Assembly: GCA_036490895.1 (NCBI GenBank)
Contig: DASXDB010000132.1
Coordinates: 1 to 44,558, forward strand
Source of the DNA: Gaiellaceae bacterium
GTDB taxonomy: Bacteria; Actinomycetota; Thermoleophilia; Gaiellales; Gaiellaceae
DNA: 44,558 nucleotides
Direction of reading: 5' to 3'
In this document: positions 17,344-26,521 of the stretch, piece by piece
Layout: each line of letters starts with the position of its first letter
How positions within the stretch are numbered: the stretch's first letter is position 1
Translations under genes and position numbers: made by a program
Notes under the pieces: model-generated
Told to the model about the DNA's origin: nothing
Database searches by the model: none
Seen by the model: only the letters and a program-made list of their open reading frames with translations

Positions 17344-19830
17344 TCATCTCCTCCTCGCAACCTCCAAGAGCACCTCTTCGAGGCGCGCCGCCTGAACCGA
17401 TCTGAGCCGACCCGCCGCGAACGCGCGTCCGCGCTCACCCATCCGCGCCCTTTCGGCCGGCGAGCTCGCGAGCCGGCGTAGACCGTCGGCGAGAGCCTGC
17501 GGGTCCTCCGGTGCGACGACGACGCCCGCGCCCGACCGCTCGACCAGGTGCGCGGCCTCGCCTGCCGCGGCGACGACGACAGGCCGTCCGGCCGCCATGC
17601 AGTCGATCAGCTTCGACGGCACGAACTGCGCGAACGTCGGATGTCCCGACAACGGAACGAGCAACGCGTCGCTCGACGCGAGAATCGCCGGCGACTCGTC
17701 CATCGGAACCTGGGAATGAAAGTGCACGTTCTGAAGTCGTAGCTCGCGGGCCTGATCTTCGAGCGCACCCTTGACCGGCCCCTCCCCGACCAAGGCGAAC
17801 TCCACGGCGTGACCCAGCAAGGCGGCCGCGTTCAGCACCGACGGCAGAGCTTGCGCGATCCCGTGCGTCCCCGCGAACGTGACCAGGAACGCCCCGTCGG
17901 TGGCACCGAGCTCGGCGCGCAGGCGGGCGTCGGGGACAGCCTCAAAGAACATCTCGAGCGTGCCGTTCGGGATCAGGACGGTGCCCGGTTGACGCTGCCT
18001 GAGCGCGTCGATGTGCTCACAGAAAGACGCCGTGACCGCGACGACAGCCGCCGCCTCCTGATACAGCCATCGCTCGGTCCAGTCAGCACCTTTGTGCAGC
18101 CAACCCTCGGTCGAGATCTGTTTGAGAGCTTCCGCAGCCGCCGGCCAGAGATCACGCACGTCGAGCACGAACGGCGCCCGTTTAAGACGCGCGAGAACGG
18201 CTCCTGCCACTCCGGTGAAGAGCGGCGGCGAGGTCGCGAAGACGACGTCCGCCCGTCCGGTCAGCGGGGCTACGGCAGTCGCGAGCGCCGAGTACGACAG
18301 GTAGAAGGCGAGCCGCGTGCGCTGCGTCTTCTCCTCGCTCGCCTTCGCCCAGACGCGAAGCACGCGATACCCGTTCGAACGGTCGTCGTCAACGAGGTGC
18401 CGCCGGTAGCGCGCAGGCACGACGCCGAACGGATGGTTCGGGAACTCGGCGACCACCGTCACCTTGTGGCCACGCTCGTGCAGGTATTCAGCGAACGACT
18501 GCATGCGCGACTGGGTCGCGCCGACTTCGGGTGGGAAGTACTGCGAGAGCAAGAGCACGTCGAGCGTCCGCGGCGCGCGCGCGATGCGGCTCTTCGTCGC
18601 GGCGGAGAAAACGGGCTCGAGCTGCTCGGTGAGAGGCTTCCGCTTCTGCTTCGGCCTCGCGAGGAGCGAGCGATAGAGCGTGTCGATGTCGTCGACGAGC
18701 CGCGGCACCGAGTAGCGCGAGCGCACCCAGTCGGACCCGAACCTGCCGAGCTCCCGGCGCAGGTCCTCACTGCCCGCAAGCCGCTCGAGCCGATTGGCCA
18801 ACGCGATCCAATCACCCGCCGGGACGAGGAACCCGCTCTTCCCGTCGACGACCACGTCCGAGACACCGCCGACGTCGGTCGAGACTGCAGGCACGCCGGC
18901 CGCGAGCGCTTCGATCACGGCGACGGGCGTCCCCTCGTTCGCCGATGAGAGCGCGACGGCGTCGAGCGCCGCGTAGAGCGGTGCGACGTCCGCGCGATAC
19001 CCGACGAAGTGCGTGGCATCGGCGATTCCCAGGCCGTCCGCCTGCCGCTCGAGGTCGGCGCGGAGCGGCCCGTCGCCCACAAGCACGAGTGCGGCGTCGA
19101 CACCGCTCCGACGCAGCGCCGCGAACGCATCGAGGAGCACGTCGACGCGCTTGATGTCGGTCATACGGCCGAGCCAGCCGACGACGAAGCGCTCGGGCGG
19201 CACGCCAAGCCGCGCACGCTCCTCTTCGCGCGCTTCCAGCGGTGCGGTCACGCGCGAGTCGAGATCGAGGCCGAGGCGCACGACGGTGATGCGCTCGGCC
19301 GGAGCAACGCCGAGCGCGACGAGGTCGTCGCGCACCTCCGGGCTCACGGCGATCAGCGCGTCGGTCGAGCGCGCGAGCGCGCGCTCGACCTGACGGAACC
19401 CCCGCGTCGTCGCGGCGCCGAAGTATCCGCTCAGCACGTGGCCGTGAAACGTGTGGACGACCGCGCGCGGCCGGGCCGCACCCGCGAGCCTCGCAGCCGT
19501 GCGCCCGACCGCGCCCGCCTTCGCCGTGTGCGTGTGCAACACATCCGGCTTCAGCTCACGAATCATCTTCACGAGCGCGCGAACCGCATGCGCGTCGGAG
19601 ACCGGCGCGATCTCGCGCTGCAGCCCTGGCAGGTAGACCGGCTCGATCCCTCGCTCGCGCACGACGTACTCCATCGAGCCCTCGTGCTCGCCGACCGTGC
19701 CCGTGACGAGCGTCGTCTGGTACCCGATCTTGTCGAGCTCCGACGTGAGGTAGGACACGTGAAGGGCGGGGCCGCCGACGTTCAGCCGCGCGATCACGCG
19801 GAGGACCCGGATCGGCTCGTCGCCCGCCAT
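17344..19830 (-). CDS. Two-domain GT4-GT4 fusion glycosyltransferase, 828 aa (C-terminal domain WbuB/WcaI-like)
   Basis: Start is ATG 19830 (MAGDEPIRVLRVIARLNVGGPALHV). Domain 1 ends with ...EALAAGVPAVSTDVGGVSDVVVDGKSGFLV. A basic linker ARPKQKRKPLTEQLEPVFSAATKSRIARAPRT follows. Domain 2 starts LDVLLLSQYFPPEVGATQSRMQSFAEYLHERGHKVTVV and ends with KLIDCMAAGRPVVVAAAGEAAHLVERSGAGVVV. There is no in-frame stop between the domains. The first 362 codons of track ORF 17344..20916 are discarded. Confidence 0.8.
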   Translation of the reverse strand: MAGDEPIRVLRVIARLNVGGPALHVSYLTSELDKIGYQTTLVTGTVGEHEGSMEYVVRERGIEPVYLPGLQREIAPVSDAHAVRALVKMIRELKPDVLHTHTAKAGAVGRTAARLAGAARPRAVVHTFHGHVLSGYFGAATTRGFRQVERALARSTDALIAVSPEVRDDLVALGVAPAERITVVRLGLDLDSRVTAPLEAREEERARLGVPPERFVVGWLGRMTDIKRVDVLLDAFAALRRSGVDAALVLVGDGPLRADLERQADGLGIADATHFVGYRADVAPLYAALDAVALSSANEGTPVAVIEALAAGVPAVSTDVGGVSDVVVDGKSGFLVPAGDWIALANRLERLAGSEDLRRELGRFGSDWVRSRYSVPRLVDDIDTLYRSLLARPKQKRKPLTEQLEPVFSAATKSRIARAPRTLDVLLLSQYFPPEVGATQSRMQSFAEYLHERGHKVTVVAEFPNHPFGVVPARYRRHLVDDDRSNGYRVLRVWAKASEEKTQRTRLAFYLSYSALATAVAPLTGRADVVFATSPPLFTGVAGAVLARLKRAPFVLDVRDLWPAAAEALKQISTEGWLHKGADWTERWLYQEAAAVVAVTASFCEHIDALRQRQPGTVLIPNGTLEMFFEAVPDARLRAELGATDGAFLVTFAGTHGIAQALPSVLNAAALLGHAVEFALVGEGPVKGALEDQARELRLQNVHFHSQVPMDESPAILASSDALLVPLSGHPTFAQFVPSKLIDCMAAGRPVVVAAAGEAAHLVERSGAGVVVAPEDPQALADGLRRLASSPAERARMGERGRAFAAGRLRSVQAARLEEVLLEVARRR

Positions 19831-19850
19831 CTCGCGGCACACCGTATCCG

Positions 19851-21224
19851 TCAGCCGACGGGGATCCGCCACGACGGCGACGACGTGCCGCGCTGCACGA
19901 GTGCACCGATCGGCTGCCGCTCGCCGAGCCGCTCCGCGAGGATCGCTGCTCGCCTGGTCGGTTCGACGGCGGCCTGGACGGTGACGTCGCGCACGAGCAC
20001 GAGCGTCGACACCGCCTCTCCACCGCGCGCCTCGTCTTCCACGACCACCGCGTCGGGCTCGAGCCTGATGCGGCGAGTGTGCTCGCCATGCGCCGTGACG
20101 ACGCGACCCGTGACCCCATTCGCGTCGGCGTCGACGAGCTCGACCTGCGGCAGGAGACCGGCGCGGAATGCGCCCCAGGTCTCGAACTGGCTCCCGCCGA
20201 CGGCGACCGTCGAGTGCGCGTGCGTGCTGCGGAAGAAGTCGCGCTCTGTTCCCGCTTCGTACGTCGGCATGCCGGGATCGACGACGACCGGCTCGCCGTC
20301 CAGCCAGAGCTGGAACGACAGGCCGTCGGCGTGCGCGTGCGCCGGCAGGAACGGTGGCGAGACAGGCCCGCAGTCGAATGCGAACGCCAGCCCACCGCGC
20401 CGCACGAAGACATACCCGGTGTCGGGGAAGACGCGAATACCATCCGCCGGCTCGTCGAGCTCGAGCGCCGGCGCGATGTCGAGACCGCCGTCGTTGAACA
20501 GCCATGGGGCACCGTCGGGACGCGAGGAGCCGGCGGCGAAGTTCAGCATTCGCGCGACCGCGTGCTCGACATCGGTGTACGCGCGCACGCTGAGCAGGTC
20601 GCGGAGGACGAGGCGGTGATAAGCGGGGCTGCGCTCGTAGTGCCCGCCGTCGGAGAGCACCTGAGCCGGCAGTTCGCGCGCAAGCAGCCCTTCGCCTCGG
20701 CGTCGAAGCGAAGCATCGTCGAAGGCGACGCCGCCGAGGACGAGAGCGACCGCGTTCCGGATGACGTGGTTCCCGAGCACATCGTTCTCGACGTTCGCCG
20801 CGACGCGCGCGACGGCACGGCGAACTCCTTCGTCGACGGCGGGCGCGAGCGACGGATCGAGCGTTGCGGCCGCGATCCAGTTCGCAGCGCGCGTCGAGGC
20901 CACGTACGGATGCCACGCGTCGTCAGCGCGCGGCGGTTGCGCGACCGCCCACGCAGCTGCGAGACGTGCCGCGTCACCGCCGGTGCGAGCCGCCTCCAGC
21001 ACGTCCGCGCCGTAGTGGCCCTCGAAGGCGGCGAGCCGCGAGCCCGGATCAGGCCTCGAACCGCTCGGCGCGAACGCTGGAGAGCGCCACAACCCTTCGT
21101 TCTCGGCGAGCGGACGGAGCGTGCCGCCCGGCCCCGCCGGAAAGCGCCGGCGGCGCAAAGGCCTCGTCGCCCGCGCCGCAGCCTGGCGTGGCCGGACGAC
21201 GCGAAGTGCGTGAAGCCACATCAC
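19851..21224 (-). CDS. Heparinase II/III-like family protein, 457 aa
   Basis: Start is GTG 21224 (or ATG 21221), overlapping the upstream stop (GTGA). Family-type blocks are NHVIRNAVAL, DGGHYERSPAYH and PAHAHADGLSFQLW. The N-terminus has no hydrophobic signal sequence. Confidence 0.7.
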   Translation of the reverse strand: MMWLHALRVVRPRQAAARATRPLRRRRFPAGPGGTLRPLAENEGLWRSPAFAPSGSRPDPGSRLAAFEGHYGADVLEAARTGGDAARLAAAWAVAQPPRADDAWHPYVASTRAANWIAAATLDPSLAPAVDEGVRRAVARVAANVENDVLGNHVIRNAVALVLGGVAFDDASLRRRGEGLLARELPAQVLSDGGHYERSPAYHRLVLRDLLSVRAYTDVEHAVARMLNFAAGSSRPDGAPWLFNDGGLDIAPALELDEPADGIRVFPDTGYVFVRRGGLAFAFDCGPVSPPFLPAHAHADGLSFQLWLDGEPVVVDPGMPTYEAGTERDFFRSTHAHSTVAVGGSQFETWGAFRAGLLPQVELVDADANGVTGRVVTAHGEHTRRIRLEPDAVVVEDEARGGEAVSTLVLVRDVTVQAAVEPTRRAAILAERLGERQPIGALVQRGTSSPSWRIPVG

Positions 21225-22189
21225 CGGACAGCCGCCTCGTACACGTCCCGCAGTGCGACGCCCACCTCCGCGGACGAGAGCCCAGCCGGCTCGGGCAGGA
21301 CGGGCGATGCGAGAGCCGACTCGATCGCGCTTCGCAGCGCCGCGGCGTCATTCGGCGGCACGAGCGTCACTCCCGGCCCGTCGAGGTCGGCGAGGCCGCC
21401 GACGCGCGTTGCCACCACCGGCCGGCCGTGTGCCAGGGCCTCGCGCGCCGTCATCCCGTACCCCTCCCGCCTCGACGGGACGCAGACAACGCTGGCGCGC
21501 GAGAAGTACGGCGCAAGCTCCGACGGCTGCACGTAGCCGACTCCATTCGGGACGCGATCGCGGAGCGGGCCGTCGCCGACGACGACGCGGGGAATCCCCT
21601 CGGTCGCTGCCAGGAACTCAAGGATCCCTTTCTCCTCGCTCAGCCGCCCCGCGAACAGGACGTGCGGCGGCTCGACAGGCTCGCCCAGTGACGATGTCTC
21701 GACGGGAACCGGAACGATCGCGATCTCGCGCGCACCGAGCGCGCGTGCCTCCTCGCCCAGGTACCGCGAGGCCGCGATCACGACCCGCGCCCCACGCACG
21801 AGCGGGCGGACCGGCCTCGGCGCGCGCCGCGTGAGCGCGACGTCGGTCCCCCACACCTGCAGCACGTACGGCTTGCCGGTCGCGCGGGCCGCCAGCGCGG
21901 AGGGGATCCAGTGCGCGTGCACGAGATCGGCGCCGTGCGCAGCGCGCCGAGCCGCGACGGAGAACGACGTCACGAACGCGGGCACGAGCGCAAGCTTCCA
22001 CGGTGCAGCGCGCAGGTTCTGTGCGATCCCGTCGCCCAGCGCGATGCCGAAGTGCGGGAACGAGCCGGGTGAGACGACGTCGACGTCGACGCCGGCACCG
22101 CGCGCCGCTTCGACGGACGCCGCGACGAAGTTTCCCGCCATCTGGTTCTCCGGCGTCGGGAACGACGTCGTCAGGACGAGAACCTTCAT
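21221..22189 (-). CDS. Glycosyltransferase family 4, 322 aa
   Basis: Start is ATG 22189 (MKVLVLTTSFPTPEN), overlapping the upstream stop (ATGA). Contains FAGRLSEEKGI and GYGMTAREALAHGRPVVATRVGGLADL. Confidence 0.8.
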   Translation of the reverse strand: MKVLVLTTSFPTPENQMAGNFVAASVEAARGAGVDVDVVSPGSFPHFGIALGDGIAQNLRAAPWKLALVPAFVTSFSVAARRAAHGADLVHAHWIPSALAARATGKPYVLQVWGTDVALTRRAPRPVRPLVRGARVVIAASRYLGEEARALGAREIAIVPVPVETSSLGEPVEPPHVLFAGRLSEEKGILEFLAATEGIPRVVVGDGPLRDRVPNGVGYVQPSELAPYFSRASVVCVPSRREGYGMTAREALAHGRPVVATRVGGLADLDGPGVTLVPPNDAAALRSAIESALASPVLPEPAGLSSAEVGVALRDVYEAAVR

Positions 22190-23487
22190 TCGCGCTGCGC
22201 GAAGACGACAGGGATCGCGAGCGCGAGCGCGACGAAGGCGTAGAAGTAATAGAACTGCATCGTCAGGTAGAACGCGTTCGACGCGAGTGTTCCGACGAGC
22301 GCCGCAGTGCAGCCCCACGCGAGCGGGCGTACACGGGCGGCGAGCGGATCGCGTGCGGCGGCGAGCGCGCGACCGAGTGCGCGCGCGGCGTGGAGCCGGC
22401 GGAACACCCAGAAGAGGAACGCGGCGAACAGCGCGGTGCCAACGAGGCCGGTCTCGACGATCAACGCGACGTAGTAGCTGTGCGGCCCCCAGTTCGTCTT
22501 GCCGGTGACGAACTCGTAGTACACGGAGAACGTGTTCAGCCCCAGCCCGAACAGCGGGTCGGTGTGCAGCACGTGCGGGATGAACGAGTACACCTGGAAG
22601 TGGGCGTTCTCGGAGCCCCCGCTCGTCTGCACACGTGACTTGAGGATCGTCGTGAAGTAGGACCGTCGCGACAGGACGATCCCGACGAGGATCGCGACCG
22701 CGAGCCCGATCGGCACGAGCAGTTGCGGCGCGCGCAGGTACCGCCGGTATGGGACGGCCAGGATGAGCGCGCCCACGCCGAGCCCGAGCAGGCCGCTGCG
22801 CGACAGCGTCGCCGCCTCGACGATGAGCAGGAAGCCGATCGTCGGCGCGAGCCACCGGCGCATGCGATGACCGCGCTCGAGCCGCAGGTAGAGCGGCGTG
22901 AGGACGAGCAGCGGGACGATCAACATGATCCCGAGGTGATTCGGATCGCCGGTCATCGCGTTCGGGCGGAAGACACTGGCCCCGTTGATCGCGCCGTAGA
23001 CGTTGATCTCGCTCGCGCCGCCGGTGATCGGCGAGAGCACCGAGGCATCCAGGTTCCCCCCGCGGCGTGCGTCGAGCAGCTGCAACACCCCGTAGGCGGC
23101 GTTGAACACGATCCCGGCGCTGAACCAGCCGAGCGTCCGCCAGAAGTAGCGCTGCCCCCGCCGCGACAGCCACACGACCGCGGCCGCGAGGAACGCGAAG
23201 TGGATTGCCCACTTGGTCAGGCCCTTCCCCCACTGCGCGAGCGCGTCCGAGTCGGTGAGGTCGAAGTAGCCGATCAGGTAGACGAGCAGGAAGACAGCGA
23301 GGAACCCGGCGAGGATCGCGCTCGTGCGCGGCACGCGCCAGCGTCGCGTTCCCGCGACGAACGCGGCGAGGAAGCCGAGCGCCAGCACGTCCGCGAGCGA
23401 GACGTTACCGGCGATGTTCCAGTGCACCTTCTCGAACGTGACGCAGAAGACGCTCGCGAGAAACAGGAAGCTCGTCACGCGCTTCAC
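22186..23487 (-). CDS. O-antigen ligase/polymerase-family membrane protein (Wzy_C-type), 433 aa
   Basis: GTG 23487 overlaps the upstream stop (GTGA). The protein is multi-span. The large-loop region contains EAATLSRSGLLGLGVGALIL, typical of Wzy/WaaL-family proteins. Confidence 0.7.
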   Translation of the reverse strand: MKRVTSFLFLASVFCVTFEKVHWNIAGNVSLADVLALGFLAAFVAGTRRWRVPRTSAILAGFLAVFLLVYLIGYFDLTDSDALAQWGKGLTKWAIHFAFLAAAVVWLSRRGQRYFWRTLGWFSAGIVFNAAYGVLQLLDARRGGNLDASVLSPITGGASEINVYGAINGASVFRPNAMTGDPNHLGIMLIVPLLVLTPLYLRLERGHRMRRWLAPTIGFLLIVEAATLSRSGLLGLGVGALILAVPYRRYLRAPQLLVPIGLAVAILVGIVLSRRSYFTTILKSRVQTSGGSENAHFQVYSFIPHVLHTDPLFGLGLNTFSVYYEFVTGKTNWGPHSYYVALIVETGLVGTALFAAFLFWVFRRLHAARALGRALAAARDPLAARVRPLAWGCTAALVGTLASNAFYLTMQFYYFYAFVALALAIPVVFAQRE

Positions 23488-24737
23488 CCGACCACCTGCT
23501 CGAGCAGTCGAGCGAGCTCTTCCGACCGCGTGCGCCGCGACACCTTGTGCCGCCATTCCTCCGTCAGGGGTGTCGCGTCGAGCGTGCCCGCCTTCCATTT
23601 CGCGTGCAGCTCGCGCAGCGCAGTCGACATGCCCGCCACGTCGTCGGGAGCGACGACGATGCCCGCGCCGGCCTCGCGGATGAGGTTCGCCGCCGCGCCG
23701 TCCGGCGGCACGACGGCGAGGATCGGCCGCTCGGCGGCGAGGTACTCGAACACCTTCCCCGAGAGCACGCCTTTGCCACGGCCGCCCGCCTCCGGGATGA
23801 GCAGCAGGAGCGCCTCCGAGTCACGCTGCAGCTCGAGCGACCGCCGCCGTGCCGCATACGGGATGAGCTCGAGCCGGTCGCCGAGCGCGCGCGTCTCCGC
23901 CCACTCGCGGTCGGCGGAGCGGAAGTCGCCGAGAAAGCGGACGACGACGTGGTCGAGGCCCGATTCCTCCACCGCGGTCAGGAACGGCCGCGGGTCGCGC
24001 TTCCCGAAGAACGAGCCGGTGTGCGTGAGCCGGAAACGGTCCGACACGTGCCGCTCGAGCCCGACGAAGTCGTCGAAGTCCGAGCCGTTCGAGATAGTCA
24101 CGACCTGCCCGCGCGGCGAGCGCTCACGCAGCTCGTCGGCGATCGCGTCGGAGACGCACGTGATCGCATCCGCAGAGTGCGCGACGAGGCGGGCGACGGC
24201 GTGCTCGCCTTGTTCCTTCGCGCGCACGAGGAGCCGCTCCGCGCGACGGTGTGGATTGGCGACGAGCGAGTCGCGCAGGTCGGCGACCCACTTCACGCCG
24301 GTCGCCTTCTTCACTGCGGCGCCGATCAGGTGCACCGACGAGGGCGGCGACGTCGTGATCACGACGTCGATCCCTTCGCGGCGCACGATGCGGATCGCGG
24401 CGGGGATGGCGGTGAGGTTCCAGCTGACGTTCTCGTCGGGGACGAGCAGGCGCCGGCCGGCCAGCTGCGCCTGCCGCGAGAGCCGGACGAGTCCCTGCGT
24501 CCCATGCAGCTCCTCGGCGGGCTTGCGGCCCTTCGGCCCGAGGTACCTCGCACGGTGGACCCACGCGAGCGTCGGTGGCTGGAGCTCGTCGTCGCGGTGG
24601 ATCCACTTCGGGTCGTCGGGCGCGAGCACGTGCGTCTCGATCCCGAGCTCCGGCAGGTGCGTCGCGAACTTGAGCGGCCGCTGCACGCCTCCTCCCCCCG
24701 CCGGGGGGAAATAGAGGCTGACGATCAGCACCTTCAT
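23484..24737 (-). CDS. GT-B glycosyltransferase, GT4-like, 417 aa (paralogue of 13351..14646)
   Basis: Start is ATG 24737 (MKVLIVSLYFPPAGGGGVQR), overlapping the upstream stop (ATGA). Contains VVITTSPPSSVHLIGAAVKKATGVKWVADLRDSLV and KVFEYLAAERPILAVV. Confidence 0.7.
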   Translation of the reverse strand: MKVLIVSLYFPPAGGGGVQRPLKFATHLPELGIETHVLAPDDPKWIHRDDELQPPTLAWVHRARYLGPKGRKPAEELHGTQGLVRLSRQAQLAGRRLLVPDENVSWNLTAIPAAIRIVRREGIDVVITTSPPSSVHLIGAAVKKATGVKWVADLRDSLVANPHRRAERLLVRAKEQGEHAVARLVAHSADAITCVSDAIADELRERSPRGQVVTISNGSDFDDFVGLERHVSDRFRLTHTGSFFGKRDPRPFLTAVEESGLDHVVVRFLGDFRSADREWAETRALGDRLELIPYAARRRSLELQRDSEALLLLIPEAGGRGKGVLSGKVFEYLAAERPILAVVPPDGAAANLIREAGAGIVVAPDDVAGMSTALRELHAKWKAGTLDATPLTEEWRHKVSRRTRSEELARLLEQVVG

Positions 24738-26521
24738 TGCGGAAGACGATAGAGACGGCCCGCGCGGATCGCCCAGGTGGCGCCGTAGCGGCGCGCGATC
24801 GCCGGGTCGTTGCTTCGAATCCACCGGTGCACGTCGCCCACGCGCCGGTACGGGTCATTCGCATCGGTGTTCGCGACGTGCGTGACCGGCGCGGCGACGA
24901 TGTACACGGGCGCCACGGCCGCGACCTCGTAGCTCGTCCGCACCGGCGCGATCACAATCGCCCCTTTCGGCACCTTCGTGCGCAGGTTGTGCACGAGGCG
25001 CGCGGAGAGCGCGTCGGGGTCGCGGGGGTTCCTCGGCCCCCAGTGTGAGAAGCCGTGGACGACGACCGGCAGGACGAAGAGCGCGGCAGCAGCGGCGGCC
25101 AGACGATGATGCTCGTGCGCGGGCGGCGGGCGGAGCACGGCCACGGCGGCGAGCGCGAGCAGGCCTCCGACGAGCGCGACCCAGGTCGCGAGCGCCGGTC
25201 CGCCGTGGCTCAGGCCGACGCCGAAGTCGCCGGGCCAGACGATCTGGAGCACGATCCCCGCCACGAGCGCGACGGGCAGAGCGACCATCCGGCGCGCCGT
25301 GAGTGCGAACGCTCCCGCGAACGCGAACGGCAGCGGCGCGAACCCGGCCGCACGGCGCGCCTGCGACAGCGACGCCGCATCGGAGAGATGCACGAAGAGC
25401 CAGGGCACCTCCATCAGCAGCAGGATCAGGAGCGACCCTCCGAGGACGTACTGGCTCCACCGCCGCCGGATCGCGAGCGCGGTCAGCGGCAAGAGGAAGA
25501 GCGCGGCGATCGCCACCGCCCCCGTCCGCCCGAGCACCTCCGGCGCGAGCCTGAAGTGGTGCGGGCCCGAGATGACGAGCTGGTCGGCGTACTGCTGCAG
25601 CCCGCGCAGCCGCTCGGCCTCGCTCGGGTTGTGCCCGCGCGTCTCGTCCACGAGCGGGCGCAGCCACACGAGCACCAGGCCCACCGGCACGGCTGCCGCG
25701 ACGTACATGCGCCATTCGCGGTACAGCAGGGCGACGAGCGGGACGAGCATGAACAGCGCATACGACGAGTGAACGAGTGCGAGCGTGCCGAAGACGACCG
25801 CGGTCGCCGTGTAGTTCCGCGAGAAGAACAGCGCGATTGCCGCCGGAGCGAGGATCTGGCGTGCCGCATTTGCCGGTTGCGAGAGCTGCGCGTACGAGCC
25901 GCCGCCGCCGGGCGCGAAGCAGAAGAGCGCGACCTGCGTGAGCGCCAGCGTGACACCGCCGGCGCGCGAGCGGAATACCGCAACGCCCGCCTCGTACGCG
26001 ACCGCGACGGCCACCGGGGCAAGGAGCGAGCCCTCGTGCCGCATGACGACCGAAGGATCGAGGCCCGAGAACCAGGCGACGAGAGCGTCGAGCCCGTGCC
26101 AGAGCGGGAACGCGTAGCCGGGATGGAGCCCGCCGTCCTTGAACTCGTCGACCGTGTGGAGGTGCAGGTCGCCGAAGTCGACGAGCTTGCGCACGCGCGC
26201 CTCGTGGAAGAGCCCGTCACCGACGACAGCGCCGGCGGTGTGCCAGAGGAACCAGCCCAGGACGATGCCGATCCCGATCGCCGCACCGGGTCGCTGCCGC
26301 TCGAGCGCCAACCGCCGGCGCACGACGACCGCAGCGACGAACAGCGCCACCAGCAAGAGCGCGGCGAGCTCGATGTTCGAGTGCACCGTGAAGACGACGG
26401 TCCACACGACGAAGAGCGCGCCCATCGTCCACGCCACCGCTTCGGAGATCGTCCGGCCGAGCGCCAGCCCGGGCAGCAGCACGAGGAAGGTGCCGAACGC
26501 GAGGCGGACGTACTCGATCAC
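24734..26521 (-). CDS. Large polytopic membrane protein, possible GT-C-fold glycosyltransferase, 595 aa
   Basis: GTG 26521 overlaps the upstream stop (GTGA). It has at least 12 hydrophobic segments and an acidic/His loop after the early helices (GDGLFHEARVRKLVDFGDLHLHTVDEFKDGG). A roughly 100-aa non-hydrophobic C-terminal domain follows. I recognise no named family with certainty. Confidence 0.45.
   Translation of the reverse strand: MIEYVRLAFGTFLVLLPGLALGRTISEAVAWTMGALFVVWTVVFTVHSNIELAALLLVALFVAAVVVRRRLALERQRPGAAIGIGIVLGWFLWHTAGAVVGDGLFHEARVRKLVDFGDLHLHTVDEFKDGGLHPGYAFPLWHGLDALVAWFSGLDPSVVMRHEGSLLAPVAVAVAYEAGVAVFRSRAGGVTLALTQVALFCFAPGGGGSYAQLSQPANAARQILAPAAIALFFSRNYTATAVVFGTLALVHSSYALFMLVPLVALLYREWRMYVAAAVPVGLVLVWLRPLVDETRGHNPSEAERLRGLQQYADQLVISGPHHFRLAPEVLGRTGAVAIAALFLLPLTALAIRRRWSQYVLGGSLLILLLMEVPWLFVHLSDAASLSQARRAAGFAPLPFAFAGAFALTARRMVALPVALVAGIVLQIVWPGDFGVGLSHGGPALATWVALVGGLLALAAVAVLRPPPAHEHHRLAAAAAALFVLPVVVHGFSHWGPRNPRDPDALSARLVHNLRTKVPKGAIVIAPVRTSYEVAAVAPVYIVAAPVTHVANTDANDPYRRVGDVHRWIRSNDPAIARRYGATWAIRAGRLYRLPQ

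Noticed and set aside
18556-18670. Treating the GT4-GT4 gene as two separate genes or as a frameshifted pseudogene
   Set aside because: The frame is continuous, with no stop between the domains, and both domains look intact. An assembly indel cannot be excluded from the sequence alone, so the question is kept as a finding rather than a pseudogene call.
17344-20916. The 1190-aa ORF in the track, taken at face value as one giant protein
   Set aside because: Its first 362 codons are Arg/Ala/Pro-rich low-complexity sequence. They lie antisense-frame-shifted over the well-conserved heparinase II/III-like gene (19851..21224). A proper GT4 N-terminus begins at ATG 19830, 20 nt after that gene's stop.
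21120-21224. Possible twin-arginine (Tat) signal in the heparinase-like N-terminus (RPLRRRRFPAG)
   Set aside because: The Arg run is not followed by a hydrophobic h-region or an AxA cleavage motif. The following sequence is polar (PGGTLRPLAENEGLW).
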